Origin: an uncultured delta proteobacterium
GTDB taxonomy: Bacteria > Myxococcota_A > Polyangia > Polyangiales > Polyangiaceae
Assembly: GCA_963806225.1 (NCBI GenBank)
Contig: CAWDXG010000001.1
Coordinates: 960,001-1,024,000, forward strand
DNA: 64,000 bases
Reading direction: 5' to 3'
Shown here: piece by piece, positions 13,562 to 26,100 of the stretch
Layout of the letters: each line of letters begins with the position of its first letter
Numbering within the stretch: position 1 is the stretch's first letter
Notes under the pieces: generated by a model
What the model was told of the DNA's origin: nothing
Seen by the model: the letters and a program-made list of their open reading frames with translations, nothing else
The model's database searches: none
Position numbers and translations under genes: made by a program

Positions 13562-13588
13562 AGCCATGCGGGGAAGGGGGGACGTTCG

Positions 13589-13879
13589 ATGGAGTGGAAC
13601 TACGAAAGTGTGGAGCGCGCGCGCGCCGCGGTCGGCATCCTGCTCGAACAGCTCGGGCTCGACGCCTATCTGTTCGGCGTCGAGCCCGCGAACGGAATCT
13701 GGGAGATCCACCTCGAATACGAGGACGAAGCTGGCTGGACCACGCGGGTGCTCCAGGTCGACAGCGCGACGCTTGTTGCGAGCTTCTCGGAGCCTGATGC
13801 CCGGTCGAAGCTCCTTCATAGCTGGAGCCTGGCGCTGAAGAGCGCGAAGCGCGCGGCGCGCGCGCCGGCGCCCCTCTGA
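13589..13879 (+). CDS. Small hypothetical protein (96 aa)
   Basis: MEWNYESVERARAAVGILLEQLGLDAYLFGVEP; purine-rich RBS; globular composition. Confidence 0.75.
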   Translation: MEWNYESVERARAAVGILLEQLGLDAYLFGVEPANGIWEIHLEYEDEAGWTTRVLQVDSATLVASFSEPDARSKLLHSWSLALKSAKRAARAPAPL

Positions 13880-13881
13880 CT

Positions 13882-15468
<1,587 letters not shown>

Positions 15469-15603
15469 GACACGACGCGGGGTGGGACCGGACCGCGGAC
15501 CGCGGACTTTGAAGGCTGGTGCGGCGTTTGGCCAGCAGTTTTGTCGATCCCGGCCGCCGGCAGGCGTGTCCTCGCCGCTCTTCGCGAACCCGGCTACCGG
15601 AAG

Positions 15604-17442
15604 TCAGCGACTGACGACGACCTCAGGGGGCGGCGGCTCGGCGAAGAGGCGTGCCACGTCAGCTGCGCGGCGATCCAGCACCGCGCGCTGGTTGATGTAG
15701 CCCTTGTCCGTGATCTCGCCGCCGTCGATGCTGGGCGGCGTCGTGAGCCAGAGCGCACGCCGAACGCGCATGTTCGAGTGCGGATGCCGCGTGTTGTGCT
15801 TTGCAAGGCCCGCCGCGATCTGGTCCAGCACCGCGTCGGTTGCCACGACCCGGGCGAGTGGCGCGTCCGTCGCCCCGGCCGCAATCTCGCGGCACGCCGC
15901 CTCGTTGGGAAACAGAAGCGCGCCCACCTCGTCGCGGTCGTGGCCCGCAATCACGGCGTCCTGGACCAGCGGTGCGCAGGCCGCGATCAGCGCCACCCTG
16001 AGCTGTCCAACGCTCACCCAGGTCCCGCTCGTCAGCTTGAAATTCTCCGCGGTCCGTCCGTCGAAGACCACGCCCTTCACGGGTGCTTCCGGGTCTTCGA
16101 GCCGCCCGGCGTCGCCGGTCGGCAGAAAGCCGTCCTCGTCGAAGCGGGCTTTGCGCATTCCGCCGCCGGCTTCCCAGTAGCCCGGCGTGATGTTCGGCCC
16201 CTTTGCCCGCATCTCGAGCTTGTCGCCCTCGGGGACCAGCTTGAGCTCCGTGCCCGGCGCCGGAAGGCCGATCACGCCGGCCCGCTTCATGGGGAAGTGG
16301 ACCGACGTGACCAGCGGCGCGGTTTCCGTCGAGCCCCACGCCGAGACCATCAACGCCCGCTCGCCGCGCGCTTTCTCGCTGACTCTCTCCAGGCGTTCCC
16401 ACAGATTCTGCGGCAATGCGGCGGCCGCATAGAACAACAGATCGAGATCGCGGAAGAAGCTGTCCCTGAGTGCAGCATCCTCCTCCAGGTAGGGCAGGAG
16501 CATGCCGAAGCCTCGTGGCACGTTGAAGTACAGCGTCGGCGATACTTCCCGCAGGTTCTCCACGGTCTTGTCGATCCGGCCGGGCGCCGGCTTGCCGCCG
16601 TCCACGTACAGGGTGCCGCCGTTGTAGAGCACCATGTTGAAGTTGTGGTTTCCGCCGAACGTGTGGCTCCAGGGGAGCCAGTCCACCACCACCGGTGGTC
16701 GGTCGCCCAGGAAGGGCCAGAGCAGACGGATCGCCTGCTGGTTCGAGCACAGCATGCGCTGCGTGTTGACCACGCCCTTCGGCGACCCGGTAGAGCCCGA
16801 CGTGAACAGGACCTTCGCGATGGTGTCGGGACCGACGGCCTTGAATGCCTCTTCCACCCCGCCGCCCGGCGCACACCGGGAGAGGGCGTCCAGCTCGTGG
16901 CCGCCGCGCGGCGGCTCGACGGCACAGACGACGGGCGTGTCGCCCAGTGCGAGCGCGCCGAGCGCGCGCGCGAACAGCGTGCCGTTCTCCGCGTATACGG
17001 CGCCAGGGCCGAGCTGGGCGAAAACGTCCCGCAGCTTGCGCAGATCCTGCGACAGGAGCGAGTAGGCCGGGGACACCGGTGCGGCCGGCACGCCGATGTG
17101 CATGGCCGCGAGCTGGACGAGCGCGTGGCCGATGCTGTTGTCGGAGAGCAGCATGACAGGCCTCGACGGCGTGGCGCCGAGATCGAGAAGTCCCTGTGCG
17201 AGGCCGCGCACGCGCTTCCGGGCCTCGCCGTACGTCAGCGTGCGCCAGCCCCCGTCCGGAGCGCGTTCCGCCAGGAAGACGTGCTCCGGCGTCGCGTCGG
17301 CCCAGGCCTCCAGCAGGTCGCCGAGACAGCGCGGGTAGTTGCCGAGCGGCGTGGGCGAACGCAGTACGAACCCACCGGCCGGCATGTCCGTTTTCTCGAC
17401 AGCGGGTGGCAGAAGCCGCGGCTGGCGGCGCGGAGCGGGCAT
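15604..17442 (-). CDS. fcs: Feruloyl-CoA synthase-like acyl-CoA ligase
   Basis: [36 protein letters not shown]; start inferred at MPAPRR. Confidence 0.85.
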   Translation of the reverse strand: MPAPRRQPRLLPPAVEKTDMPAGGFVLRSPTPLGNYPRCLGDLLEAWADATPEHVFLAERAPDGGWRTLTYGEARKRVRGLAQGLLDLGATPSRPVMLLSDNSIGHALVQLAAMHIGVPAAPVSPAYSLLSQDLRKLRDVFAQLGPGAVYAENGTLFARALGALALGDTPVVCAVEPPRGGHELDALSRCAPGGGVEEAFKAVGPDTIAKVLFTSGSTGSPKGVVNTQRMLCSNQQAIRLLWPFLGDRPPVVVDWLPWSHTFGGNHNFNMVLYNGGTLYVDGGKPAPGRIDKTVENLREVSPTLYFNVPRGFGMLLPYLEEDAALRDSFFRDLDLLFYAAAALPQNLWERLERVSEKARGERALMVSAWGSTETAPLVTSVHFPMKRAGVIGLPAPGTELKLVPEGDKLEMRAKGPNITPGYWEAGGGMRKARFDEDGFLPTGDAGRLEDPEAPVKGVVFDGRTAENFKLTSGTWVSVGQLRVALIAACAPLVQDAVIAGHDRDEVGALLFPNEAACREIAAGATDAPLARVVATDAVLDQIAAGLAKHNTRHPHSNMRVRRALWLTTPPSIDGGEITDKGYINQRAVLDRRAADVARLFAEPPPPEVVVSR

Positions 17443-17517
17443 GAGCCCAGTCTGCGTGCGCCAGGTGTTGCTGTCGAGAGGCAGGCAGAGCAGCGCGACA
17501 TGGTCTACGCTTGAGGT

Positions 17518-17964
17518 GTGAACACGCTCCGTGCTGCCACCGTGGTCCTTGCGATGGGTCTGGTGATGTCGCTGCTCCCTGGTTGTGGCGGGTCCGGGCG
17601 CACGCCCGAGGACGCATCCGCCGCCAGCCGCGCCGCCGCGAATCGCCGCCTGCAAGGCACCTGGGTGCTGGCGAGCTTCCAGTCCGAGGTGCCGCTCGAA
17701 CCGATGTTGCAGGGTCTGCTCGCCGTGCAGGTCGGGCACCTCCGCGTGACCTTCGACGGAGACCGGATCAATGCGCTCGGCCCCGGCGTGAGCGCGACGC
17801 GAAAGTACGTGGTGACGGACGCCGCGTTCCAGCGGGCGAAGCTGACTGTGTACGACGAGGGCGTGCCCTACCAGGTGGACGGCGAGTTCCGGGGCAACCA
17901 GATCGCGTTCCATGCGCTGACCTCGCCCTGGCGTGGCACCGGGACACTGGTGCGGGCCCAATAG
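17518..17964 (+). CDS. Hypothetical lipoprotein (lipocalin-like beta-barrel possible)
   Basis: Lipobox LLPGC; RLQGTWVL motif. Confidence 0.75.
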   Translation: MNTLRAATVVLAMGLVMSLLPGCGGSGRTPEDASAASRAAANRRLQGTWVLASFQSEVPLEPMLQGLLAVQVGHLRVTFDGDRINALGPGVSATRKYVVTDAAFQRAKLTVYDEGVPYQVDGEFRGNQIAFHALTSPWRGTGTLVRAQ

Positions 17965-18048
17965 CGGGGGGGCCGGGGAGCGCGATCTCGACGGCGCTCC
18001 GCGTCTTCGCCGACACGGGAACTCGCCGGTCGTGACCGACCCGCTGCT

Positions 18049-18505
18049 TCAGGACGCTTCTTCGCGGCGCCTGACGCCGGCTTTCGTCTTCCTGTGATCG
18101 AGAACGACGGCCACGCCGAGTCCGAGCAGGAAGCCGGGAAGGCTGAATACCAGCGCCACCGGTAGAGCCTGATCCTTGTAGTCGCGGTAGGGCGCAGTGA
18201 TCAGATCGAACGTCGTCCATTCCGTCGATGTGGGCGTCGAGGACGTGCGCAACCAGCTTGCCCTCGGGCGAGTCGGGCTGGCTTTCGGCCTGATGGCGAC
18301 GCTTTGCGTCCATCGCCAGGGCCTGGAGCTCTCGCATCTCGCGCCGGGCCTGGTCGGGGTTCCACTTGCCGCTCTTGACGAGCAGGGCCTGCTGCCGGGC
18401 GAGCGCGGCGTGCATGTCGGAGTACCGGGTTGCCCAGCCGACGCACGCGCCCAGGAGCATGCCCACAATCACGCACACCCAGTAGATCTTCGGGGTCGTT
18501 TCCAT
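18049..18505 (-). CDS. Hypothetical two-TM membrane protein, +1 frameshift near 18220
   Basis: N-terminal TM in ORF ending at 18505 and C-terminal TM in ORF 18049; removing one base gives HIDGWTTFDLITAPY. Confidence 0.6.
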
Positions 18506-18642
18506 TCAGCTCGCTTCGTCGGGGGCCGGCCGAACGCGCCGCCGTGGCCAGCATAACATTACCCCGGCGTCCCACAACGCTCCGGGCGTAGGGCGCTCCA
18601 GGCGCTTGCCAGCACACCGGCACAGAAGTAAGAGCCGGAGGC

Positions 18643-19416
18643 ATGGTAGGAAGCGCCAGGGCACGGGTGGGCGGCAACAGCGAGCGGGCAAACAGCGCAG
18701 GGCGTCGTCGCTCCTGGCTTCGCTGGGGTGCGACGTTGGCGCTCGGACTGGGCGTCGTTGCCTGCAACCAGAAGAACCAGCAGAAATGCCAGCAGGCCCT
18801 GGACACTACGCGCAAGTCGTTGAAAGTCGACAACATCGACCTTGCCCACCAGTGGCGGGCGCGCGCGTACGAATACTGCGCCGATACGGGTGAGCTGGCG
18901 AAGCTCGACCAGGAGATCGTCGCGCGCCAGAAGGCGATCGAGACCGAGCGCCACGACAAGGAAGAGAACAAGGCGCACGCGCACGAGCTGACGGCGCTGC
19001 TTGTCCAGTGGGCGGGTGACCATCGCGCGCAGCCGGAGGCGGCCGCGCAGACCGTGAACTGCGGTGCGGTGGATGCCGACGCCGGCGCCCCGACTGCTGC
19101 GAAGGACAAGAAGCCTCGCTGGTGTACGCGCGTCCGTACGGTGACCGGCGGCTATCGTCTGGCCGTGCGCTACCGCGAGGACGATCCCAAGGTGGTTGAC
19201 TTCTCGACGCTGTCCCCGGCGCCCGTGGACTGTTCCGCTCTGGGTGCGAACAAGGTCATGGTCAAGGGCCCGCCCAAGACCTACTGCCAGATCACGGGGG
19301 GGCGGCTGCAGGGCATGCAGGCGTTGATCACGAACCAGCCGGATGGCACGCACATCGACGTCTTCACGCCCGAGTACGTGCAGCGCGATGCCACGATCCG
19401 GTCGCTGACACGCTGA
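18643..19416 (+). CDS. Hypothetical lipoprotein
   Basis: Lipobox GVVAC, paired cysteines, coiled-coil segment. Confidence 0.75.
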   Translation: MVGSARARVGGNSERANSAGRRRSWLRWGATLALGLGVVACNQKNQQKCQQALDTTRKSLKVDNIDLAHQWRARAYEYCADTGELAKLDQEIVARQKAIETERHDKEENKAHAHELTALLVQWAGDHRAQPEAAAQTVNCGAVDADAGAPTAAKDKKPRWCTRVRTVTGGYRLAVRYREDDPKVVDFSTLSPAPVDCSALGANKVMVKGPPKTYCQITGGRLQGMQALITNQPDGTHIDVFTPEYVQRDATIRSLTR

Positions 19417-19437
19417 GCCAGCGCTGCCGGCCGCCCG

Positions 19438-21651
19438 TCACTTCCCGTACTGCGTCACGGCGCGCCGCCAGAACGTCTCGAACGCCGCCTGGTTCGCGCT
19501 CGTCGGCAGCTTGCCGTAGTGGAATGGACGCGGGATCCCGTTCTTGAACAGGCAGCCCAGAGCGTCGGCGAATCCATCCGCGCTGGAGGAGACTGCCGTC
19601 GGCGCGGGTGGAGCGGCGACCATGTCGTCCAGCACCTTGCTGAGCTCCTTGCAGGAGCCGCCGAGCTGGGGAAGCCGGATCGGCTTCACATCGGCCGGGC
19701 AGCAGCCGTGGCGGACGACTGCCGTGGCGGGGAGCTCGTACCAGTTGAACTCCGACCACTCCTTCATGCCCGCTGTGACCTTGCCGCCGCCTGCGGCCAC
19801 GATGCGGCGGTAGAGCTGCGAGTTGATTCCGCGGAAATCGGCGTCCTTGCACAGGAAGTCGAACCCCTTGGTGCTGTGGAAGGTGCCCGGGAGGAAATAC
19901 GATTGCACGCACGCTCCAACGTCGTCCGGTCGCGCCTTTTCGCCCTGCGTGGTCGCCCCGTCGCCTGGATCGGCTGCGCCGGCTGTTGCGGCGTCGCCCG
20001 CCGCCGCGCCGCTTCCACCGTCCGCTGTGCTCGAAGGTGCGGTCGCCGGGGGCGGTGTCGAGCCGCCGGTCGGCGTGGTGGGCGTCGCCTTGCCCGGAGC
20101 GGACACCAGACCGAGCCCGGCGAGCACAGGCATCAGCCGGTCGCGCGCCAGATACGCCGTGACACTGCAGGCGACGATCAGGGTGAGCAGTGCCCACAGG
20201 ACGACGCCGCCGCGCCTGGGTTGCTCCTGCTCCCGCGCGGAGGACAGCACGGTGGCTTCCTGCGGAGAGACCGGCGGCGGCTCGGCCGGCGGCAGACCCG
20301 GCGCGAACGGGGGCCCCTGGGGCGGAGCGCCCGGAAAGCCCATGGGAGGAGCCGGCGCAGGGGCGGGGAAGGGCGCGGGGTGTTCGGGTGCGGAGTCGGC
20401 GCTCCGGCCCAGCACCGCTTCCGCGTCGAGGATCCGGGTGGCGGCATCCTCGTCGTCTTCGTCGTCGTAGGCGGTTGCGGCGGGGGCTGATGGCGGCGCG
20501 GCGTGAGGCGCCGAAGGCGGCGGCAAAGGACCGGGCGCCGATTGCCGCGGCGGGAGCGGTCCGGGCGCCGATTGCCGCGGCGGCGCCACTTCCGGAGCGG
20601 GAGGGCGGGACTCCGGGAACCGGAAGGACGACACGTCCACGATGCTGGTGGGCGCCTCGTCGTCCTCGTCCGCATCGTCGAGAGGCGGGAGCGCCCGCGC
20701 GGCTTCGTCGTCCGCGGCGCGGCCGGCCGCGCGGGCCGCCGCGAGCAGCTCGGCCGCCGAGCTGACAATGGTCTGCGCGTTATCGTCGTCCCACTCCGCT
20801 TCGTCGTCGTCAGCTGGCTGGATCGGCGACAGTCCGGCCGCCGGCTGCTCGACAGCGCCCGTGTGCGAGTCCTGCCAGGCGTGCAGCGCTTCCCGGAATT
20901 CGACGACGTCCGCGCGGCGGTCGTTGGGCTCGGGAGCGAGACCGCGTGTGATGAGCTCCTGCAGCTCCGGGTCGTCGATGCCATGCTCCGAGAGCGGCGC
21001 TGCACCCTCGGAGAGCATGCTCCGCACCAGCTGTTCGCGGCTGGTGCCGCTGAACGGCGTGGTGCCTGTCAGCGTTGCGTACAGCGTGGCATGCAGCGCC
21101 CACATGTCGTCGACGGTGCTGGGCCCGTGACCCCGGAGTCGTTCAGGCGAGCAGTACGATCCGCTGGGGGGAGCGAGGAGCTGCGACAGCACCGGACCCT
21201 CTGGTCCGTTCTCGGGGCTGGCGACGATGCCGCGCGGCGAGATCGCGCCGTGCACTCCGCCGATTGCGTGCAGTGACTCGACGGCCTGCGCGAGCTGCTC
21301 CACAAGTTCCACCGCCTCGGCCCGCTCCAGTCGGCTCGAGCGCAGTCGATCGTGCAGCGTGACGCCGTGCACATACTCGGCGACGACAACGGCGGTCGAC
21401 TTCAGACCGGACTGCGGCGGCAGCGAGCGCGGATCGGCGTCGTGGATCACGTCCAGGATCGCCGTCAGATGCGGGTGACGGACGCCGACAATCCCTTCGA
21501 GGCCGGCCACGCGTGCGGCGCCCAGAGCGGAAGCGATGACGGTGCGGCGCGTCTGTTCGTCGATGGCAAGCCAGCTGACCGACTTGGCTCCGGTCTGCAG
21601 GCTCCTGGAAAACCGATAGTGCCCAGCCAGCGGGGTCTCTGGGGCTTGCAT
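19438..21651 (-). CDS. Membrane-anchored kinase-fold protein, probable pseudokinase
   Basis: Kinase scaffold (HPHL, EYVHG, YCSPE, DDMWAL) with HGAISP for HRDLKP and no VAIK Lys or DFG; acidic/Pro linker, TM, Cys-rich external domain. Confidence 0.8.
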   Translation of the reverse strand: MQAPETPLAGHYRFSRSLQTGAKSVSWLAIDEQTRRTVIASALGAARVAGLEGIVGVRHPHLTAILDVIHDADPRSLPPQSGLKSTAVVVAEYVHGVTLHDRLRSSRLERAEAVELVEQLAQAVESLHAIGGVHGAISPRGIVASPENGPEGPVLSQLLAPPSGSYCSPERLRGHGPSTVDDMWALHATLYATLTGTTPFSGTSREQLVRSMLSEGAAPLSEHGIDDPELQELITRGLAPEPNDRRADVVEFREALHAWQDSHTGAVEQPAAGLSPIQPADDDEAEWDDDNAQTIVSSAAELLAAARAAGRAADDEAARALPPLDDADEDDEAPTSIVDVSSFRFPESRPPAPEVAPPRQSAPGPLPPRQSAPGPLPPPSAPHAAPPSAPAATAYDDEDDEDAATRILDAEAVLGRSADSAPEHPAPFPAPAPAPPMGFPGAPPQGPPFAPGLPPAEPPPVSPQEATVLSSAREQEQPRRGGVVLWALLTLIVACSVTAYLARDRLMPVLAGLGLVSAPGKATPTTPTGGSTPPPATAPSSTADGGSGAAAGDAATAGAADPGDGATTQGEKARPDDVGACVQSYFLPGTFHSTKGFDFLCKDADFRGINSQLYRRIVAAGGGKVTAGMKEWSEFNWYELPATAVVRHGCCPADVKPIRLPQLGGSCKELSKVLDDMVAAPPAPTAVSSSADGFADALGCLFKNGIPRPFHYGKLPTSANQAAFETFWRRAVTQYGK
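20524..20583 (-). repeat. 30-bp tandem duplication (PPRQSAPGPL x2)
   Basis: ccgggcgccgattgccgcggcgg repeated at a 30-bp period. Confidence 0.85.
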
Positions 21652-21802
21652 TACCCTGATGCTCCCTTTTCCGGGCCCGTGTGAGAAGGCCTTTCCTACC
21701 CGAAATGTTGGTGGGTCGTCGTCGCAGCGCCCTGGAGAGCCCAGGAACAGCGGATCGCGGTGCAGGATCTCCCGCGCCGCGGCGTGCTAGATAGGCAGGG
21801 CA

Positions 21803-22234
21803 ATGGCCTCTTCCAAGGCTGGATTCGTGCTTGCTCTGGCCCTCGCCGGCGCCATCGGAGCGTGTCACCGGGCGGCGCCGGCCAAGGCGGCCGCTGCCCC
21901 CGCGAGTTCCGTGCCTCCTCCCGTCAAGGTCGTGGAGGGGTCGATCGTCTTCACCGACTGTCCTGACTCCAGACATCTCGGCGCTGGGCGGGCACGGGCC
22001 GCGATCAACAAGTTGGTGGACGGTTGCAGCTCGGTGCCTGGAGGCAGCGCGCGCTTCATGGCGACGCTGAAGCCCGGCGGCTCCATCGAGATCGCGGCCC
22101 CGAGCGGGAGCAAGGACGAAGGGGTTGTGCCGATCTGTGTGCTCCAGAACCACCTGCGCCACCATCTGTGGCTGCATCATCCCTGCACCATGGAAGTGCG
22201 GATCCAGGAGCAGAGCGTGTCGGGGTCGCGCTGA
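21803..22234 (+). CDS. Hypothetical lipoprotein
   Basis: Lipobox AIGAC, four further cysteines. Confidence 0.75.
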   Translation: MASSKAGFVLALALAGAIGACHRAAPAKAAAAPASSVPPPVKVVEGSIVFTDCPDSRHLGAGRARAAINKLVDGCSSVPGGSARFMATLKPGGSIEIAAPSGSKDEGVVPICVLQNHLRHHLWLHHPCTMEVRIQEQSVSGSR

Positions 22235-22238
22235 GCCG

Positions 22239-22943
22239 TCAGGCCACGCGGGCGGCCTGACGGGCGCGCTTGTCGCGGTAGAGCCGGGCGTCGGCGACGG
22301 TCAGCAGCGCTTCCGAGGTCGTGGTCTTGTTTGCCGTCGCCACGCCTACGCTCACGCCGAGCGGGCGTCCGGCGACGCGCTTCGCCGCCATGCTGCTGCG
22401 TACCCGTTCCGCCACCAGCGCGGCTTCCTCCGCGTCGGTGTCGGGCAGCAGCAGGGCGAACTCGTCGCCGCCCACGCGGGCAGCCAGATCGCTCGAACGC
22501 GTCGCCTCCGTGCACGCGCCCGCAAGCTCGCGGATGGCTCGATCGCCCGCGGCATGGCCGGCGTTGTCGTTCAAGGCCTTGAGTGCGTCCAGATCGAACA
22601 GCACCACCGACAGCGCGCCTCCGTGGCGGGAGTGGCGGGCCAGCTCGCGCCAGAGGGCAGCGGCGAACACGCGACGATTCGCCAGCCCTGTGAGGGGCTC
22701 GGTATCGGCCAGAGTGCGCAGCTCCTCGAGCTCGTGAGCGCGATTGGCCAGCGCCTTCAAGAGCGGCGCGAACTGGTCCGCGTCGGGACCGAGCAGGACG
22801 AGCGCCTCGCCGAGGAGCTCGTCTGCGCGCGCGGGCTCGCCGGTCGTGGCGAGTTCCGTCAACACGGCCAGCACTTCTCCGTTCAGCCGGAGGGCCGCGA
22901 TCTCGCGGCGCAGGCGCTCTCCAACGGTGTAGGTGCCGCTCAT
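22239..22943 (-). CDS. Diguanylate cyclase (GGDEF), no obvious sensor domain
   Basis: EPLTGLANRR, DLD.LK.LND..GH..GD, RSSD I-site, VGGDEF; start placed downstream of the sigma54 site (22977 also possible). Confidence 0.9.
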   Translation of the reverse strand: MSGTYTVGERLRREIAALRLNGEVLAVLTELATTGEPARADELLGEALVLLGPDADQFAPLLKALANRAHELEELRTLADTEPLTGLANRRVFAAALWRELARHSRHGGALSVVLFDLDALKALNDNAGHAAGDRAIRELAGACTEATRSSDLAARVGGDEFALLLPDTDAEEAALVAERVRSSMAAKRVAGRPLGVSVGVATANKTTTSEALLTVADARLYRDKRARQAARVA

Positions 22944-22993
22944 CTCGTCTGCTTCCGTGAACTGGTCGAGCCGCATGATCCCTATCAAGAGGA

Positions 22994-23009
22994 TGCGAGA
23001 ATCGTTCCA
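22994..23009 (-). promoter_or_regulatory. sigma54-like promoter of the GGDEF gene
   Basis: Minus strand TGGAACGATTCTCGCA, GG-N10-GC. Confidence 0.6.
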
Positions 23010-23046
23010 TGTTCTCCGGGCGCCACTCCGGTCATCTCAACTATTG

Positions 23047-23060
23047 AATTGAATTCAATT
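23047..23060. promoter_or_regulatory. Perfect 14-bp AT-rich palindrome
   Basis: AATTGAATTCAATT in an otherwise GC-rich context. Confidence 0.5.
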
Positions 23061-23146
23061 ATGTTGTTCCGGACCGACCGAACGGTCCCCACGGGCGGGC
23101 CGCGGATTGTGCGGAGCGCAGCCGCGATCGGGGCAAGTTGCGCCGC

Positions 23147-26100
23147 CTACGGCGTGACACGGCGCAGTGCTTCATCGCGATTGCCGTCCTCCAGCGGCCG
23201 GTATTGCTCCCCGTCGAGCCAGAACGTCTGGCCATCGGCCCGCACACCTTCCTCGCGCAGCCGGGCCTTGATGGGTCGATAGCCATCGGTCATCGGCATG
23301 CGCTCGACCAGGCGCAACAGGCGTGGGCGCACGTGCCCTTGCTCGCTCGCGAGATGGCGCGACAGGCGCTCCAGATCCAGCGACTCGCCGTCGGCGGGCA
23401 CGACAGCCGCGGCGATCACTTCGCCTGCGGCGCCTTCCGGCGTGACGCCATACGCCGCGGCCAACTCCACGTCGGGCAGCTCGAGCAGCCGGTCCTCGAG
23501 CGCACGCGGGAACACGGGGCCGCCCGGTGTGCGTACGACGTCGCGCAGACGATCCACGAACCAGTAGTCGCCGTCGGCATCCCGACGCATGAAGTCGCCG
23601 GTCACGAACCAGGCGTCGCCGGTGTCGAACACGTCGCGCCTGATGCGGCTGCGCGCGCCGTCGGTGGAGTCACCCTCCGGGAGGTGGAGCGGATCGAGCT
23701 TTGCGACAAGAACCCCGGGCTGGTCGGCCCGGCAGCGCACGAACCGTCCGAGCGCATCCCGCGAGAAGTCGCCGGCGTTGAAGTCGTATTCGACCAGCGT
23801 CTTGTCGATGCTGCCCGGGAGCGAACGGCCCACGGCGCCGACCTTCTTGCCGGAGGCGTTGGCGAGCACCAGGTTCACTTCGGTCGACGCGTAGAACTCC
23901 AGCACGCCTACCGGCCCGAAGCGCTCGATTACCCGCCGCCACACGTCGGCGCGCATGCCGCTGCCGGCAAAAAGCCTGAGTGGGCTGTCGCGCTCGGCGG
24001 GGCTCGGCGTCGCGTCGACGAGCTGTCGGCACATCTCGCCGGCGTAGAAGACTACGCTGGCTCCGTAGCGCCGTACGTCGTTCCAGAACACGTCGGGCTC
24101 GAAGCGCGTGGCTAGCGCCAGTCGCGTGCCGCCCACCAGCGCTCCGCCGACGGACACGAGCAGGCCTGCCGGGTGATGTAACGGAAGACAGGCGTAGACC
24201 GTGTCCTTGGAGGTGAGCGTGCATGCCGCGGCCGCGCCGTACGCGGAGAAGGCCCAGCGGCGGTTCGTGATGCCGGCCGCGCGCCCGCGCCCGCCGCGAT
24301 CGACGGTGACGATCAGCATGGCGAGGTCCGAAGCGCGCCCCGGATTCGGGCGGTACCACCCGGGCAGCTCCACGGCCTCCGGATCGATCGCCTCCATGTC
24401 GACGACACCGTCGGGGAGCGCGCGGTTGGGGCCGCCGCCGCCGAGCACGAGCACCTCTCCCGCGAAGGCGGCGCGGGCCCGGGCGGCGTCTTCGGGATCG
24501 GTGGCGAGGAACTCGAGACGGTCCAGCCCGAGCGCGCGGTCGAGCGCCTCGTCGTCGGCTTCCGGACTGAGCAGGACGGACACGGCGCCGATGCGGTTGA
24601 TCGCGGTGACCATCGAGAGATAGCTCGGACGACCGCGCATCATCACGCCGACGTGATGACCGGGTCGGACTCCGCAGTGGATCAGCCCGCGCACGACATT
24701 CTCCACGCGGCGATCGGCGTCGGCGTAGGAAAAGGCCCGCCCTTTCCAGAGGAAGAACGTCTGGTCGGGGATGGAGCGCGCCTGGCTTGATAGCGCGTTG
24801 CCGAAGCTGACGGTCGTGTCGTCCTCGATGCGGTTGAGCAGCGTCAGCCGTGGCAGCTGGTAGCGCAGGTTGTCCACCGCGTCGCCAATGTCCTCGAAGA
24901 CGTGCCCGAACTTCTCCCAGGCCGTCTCCAGGGTGCCGACCGCCACGTCGTAGAACAGGTCGAAGTCCAGCGGCTCGTCGAAGGCAGCGTCCTCGACTTC
25001 CACTTCGCCGCGGGCGGGTTGTTCTTCTTCGGTGAGCAGCCGGGGCTTCTTGCCGTGGCCCTCGCGCCATTTGATCCATTCGATGACCGTCGGCCAGGTG
25101 TCGCGTCCCGCCGTCGAGCCCACCACCAGGCCGAAATGGCCAGCAGGTACGGTTGCCTCGAACAGCTCGGCTGTCGGCACGGCGTGCTCGATGGCCCGCA
25201 CGGATGCCGGGCGAGCGATGTCGTCGCGCCCGCCGACGAAGTAGAGCACCGGCGTCGTGATGTCGGCTAGCGTCACGGTCCGGCCGTTGATGACGAAACC
25301 GCCCGACATCATGCGGTTCTGGACGATGAACTCGTCGACGAACTTGCGCAGCGCGGGTCCAGGCCATGCGACGAAACCCTCGCCGGCCAGGAAGCGCCGT
25401 CGACTCTCGCGCTTCTCCAGGGCCTGGCGGTCGTGCAGCTTGCGGACGAAGTCGACCAGTTGCTCGACTTCCTTGCGCAGGCTCAGGACCTTGAAGCCGG
25501 TACTGGTGAGCACGCCGGGAAGGCCTTCGATGTGCTGGAGAGGCACCTCGACCACGGGGCGCAGGATGCGGAGGATGCGGCCGGTGAGATCGGCGCTGAG
25601 GCTCGGCAGGTTCTTGTGGATGTCGACCGGGCTGCCGAACGTGATGAGCGACGCGATGCCGGCGGAGCGCCGGTAGGCCGCCGCCTGGTAGACGAACATG
25701 CCGCCCTGCGAGTAGCCGCCGAGATGGACGTTGCGTCCCGTGGCGCGGCGCACGCGATCGACCGCATGGGCCACGGCGCGCACGTGGTCGTCCAGCGTGC
25801 GCTCCATGCCGCCCTCTTCCGTTTCCGGCGCGCCGAAGTCCACCACCCAGGTGTCGATGCCGGCGCCGACCAGACGGCGCACCGCGCTCAGATCAGGGGC
25901 TACGTCGTAGATCTCCGCCGTGAGCATGAGCGGAGGAACCAGCAGGAGCGCGGGCCGCGGGGCGTCCCCGCCGAGCTCGTCGAGGTAGCGCCGGAGCTTG
26001 TAGGTACCCTCCTGGTGCATCACCTCGTAGGGCGCGTTGTCGCTGACGCCCAACCGCCCGAGCCGGATCAGCTCCAGCGCATTCTCCGTCCCCATCCCGA

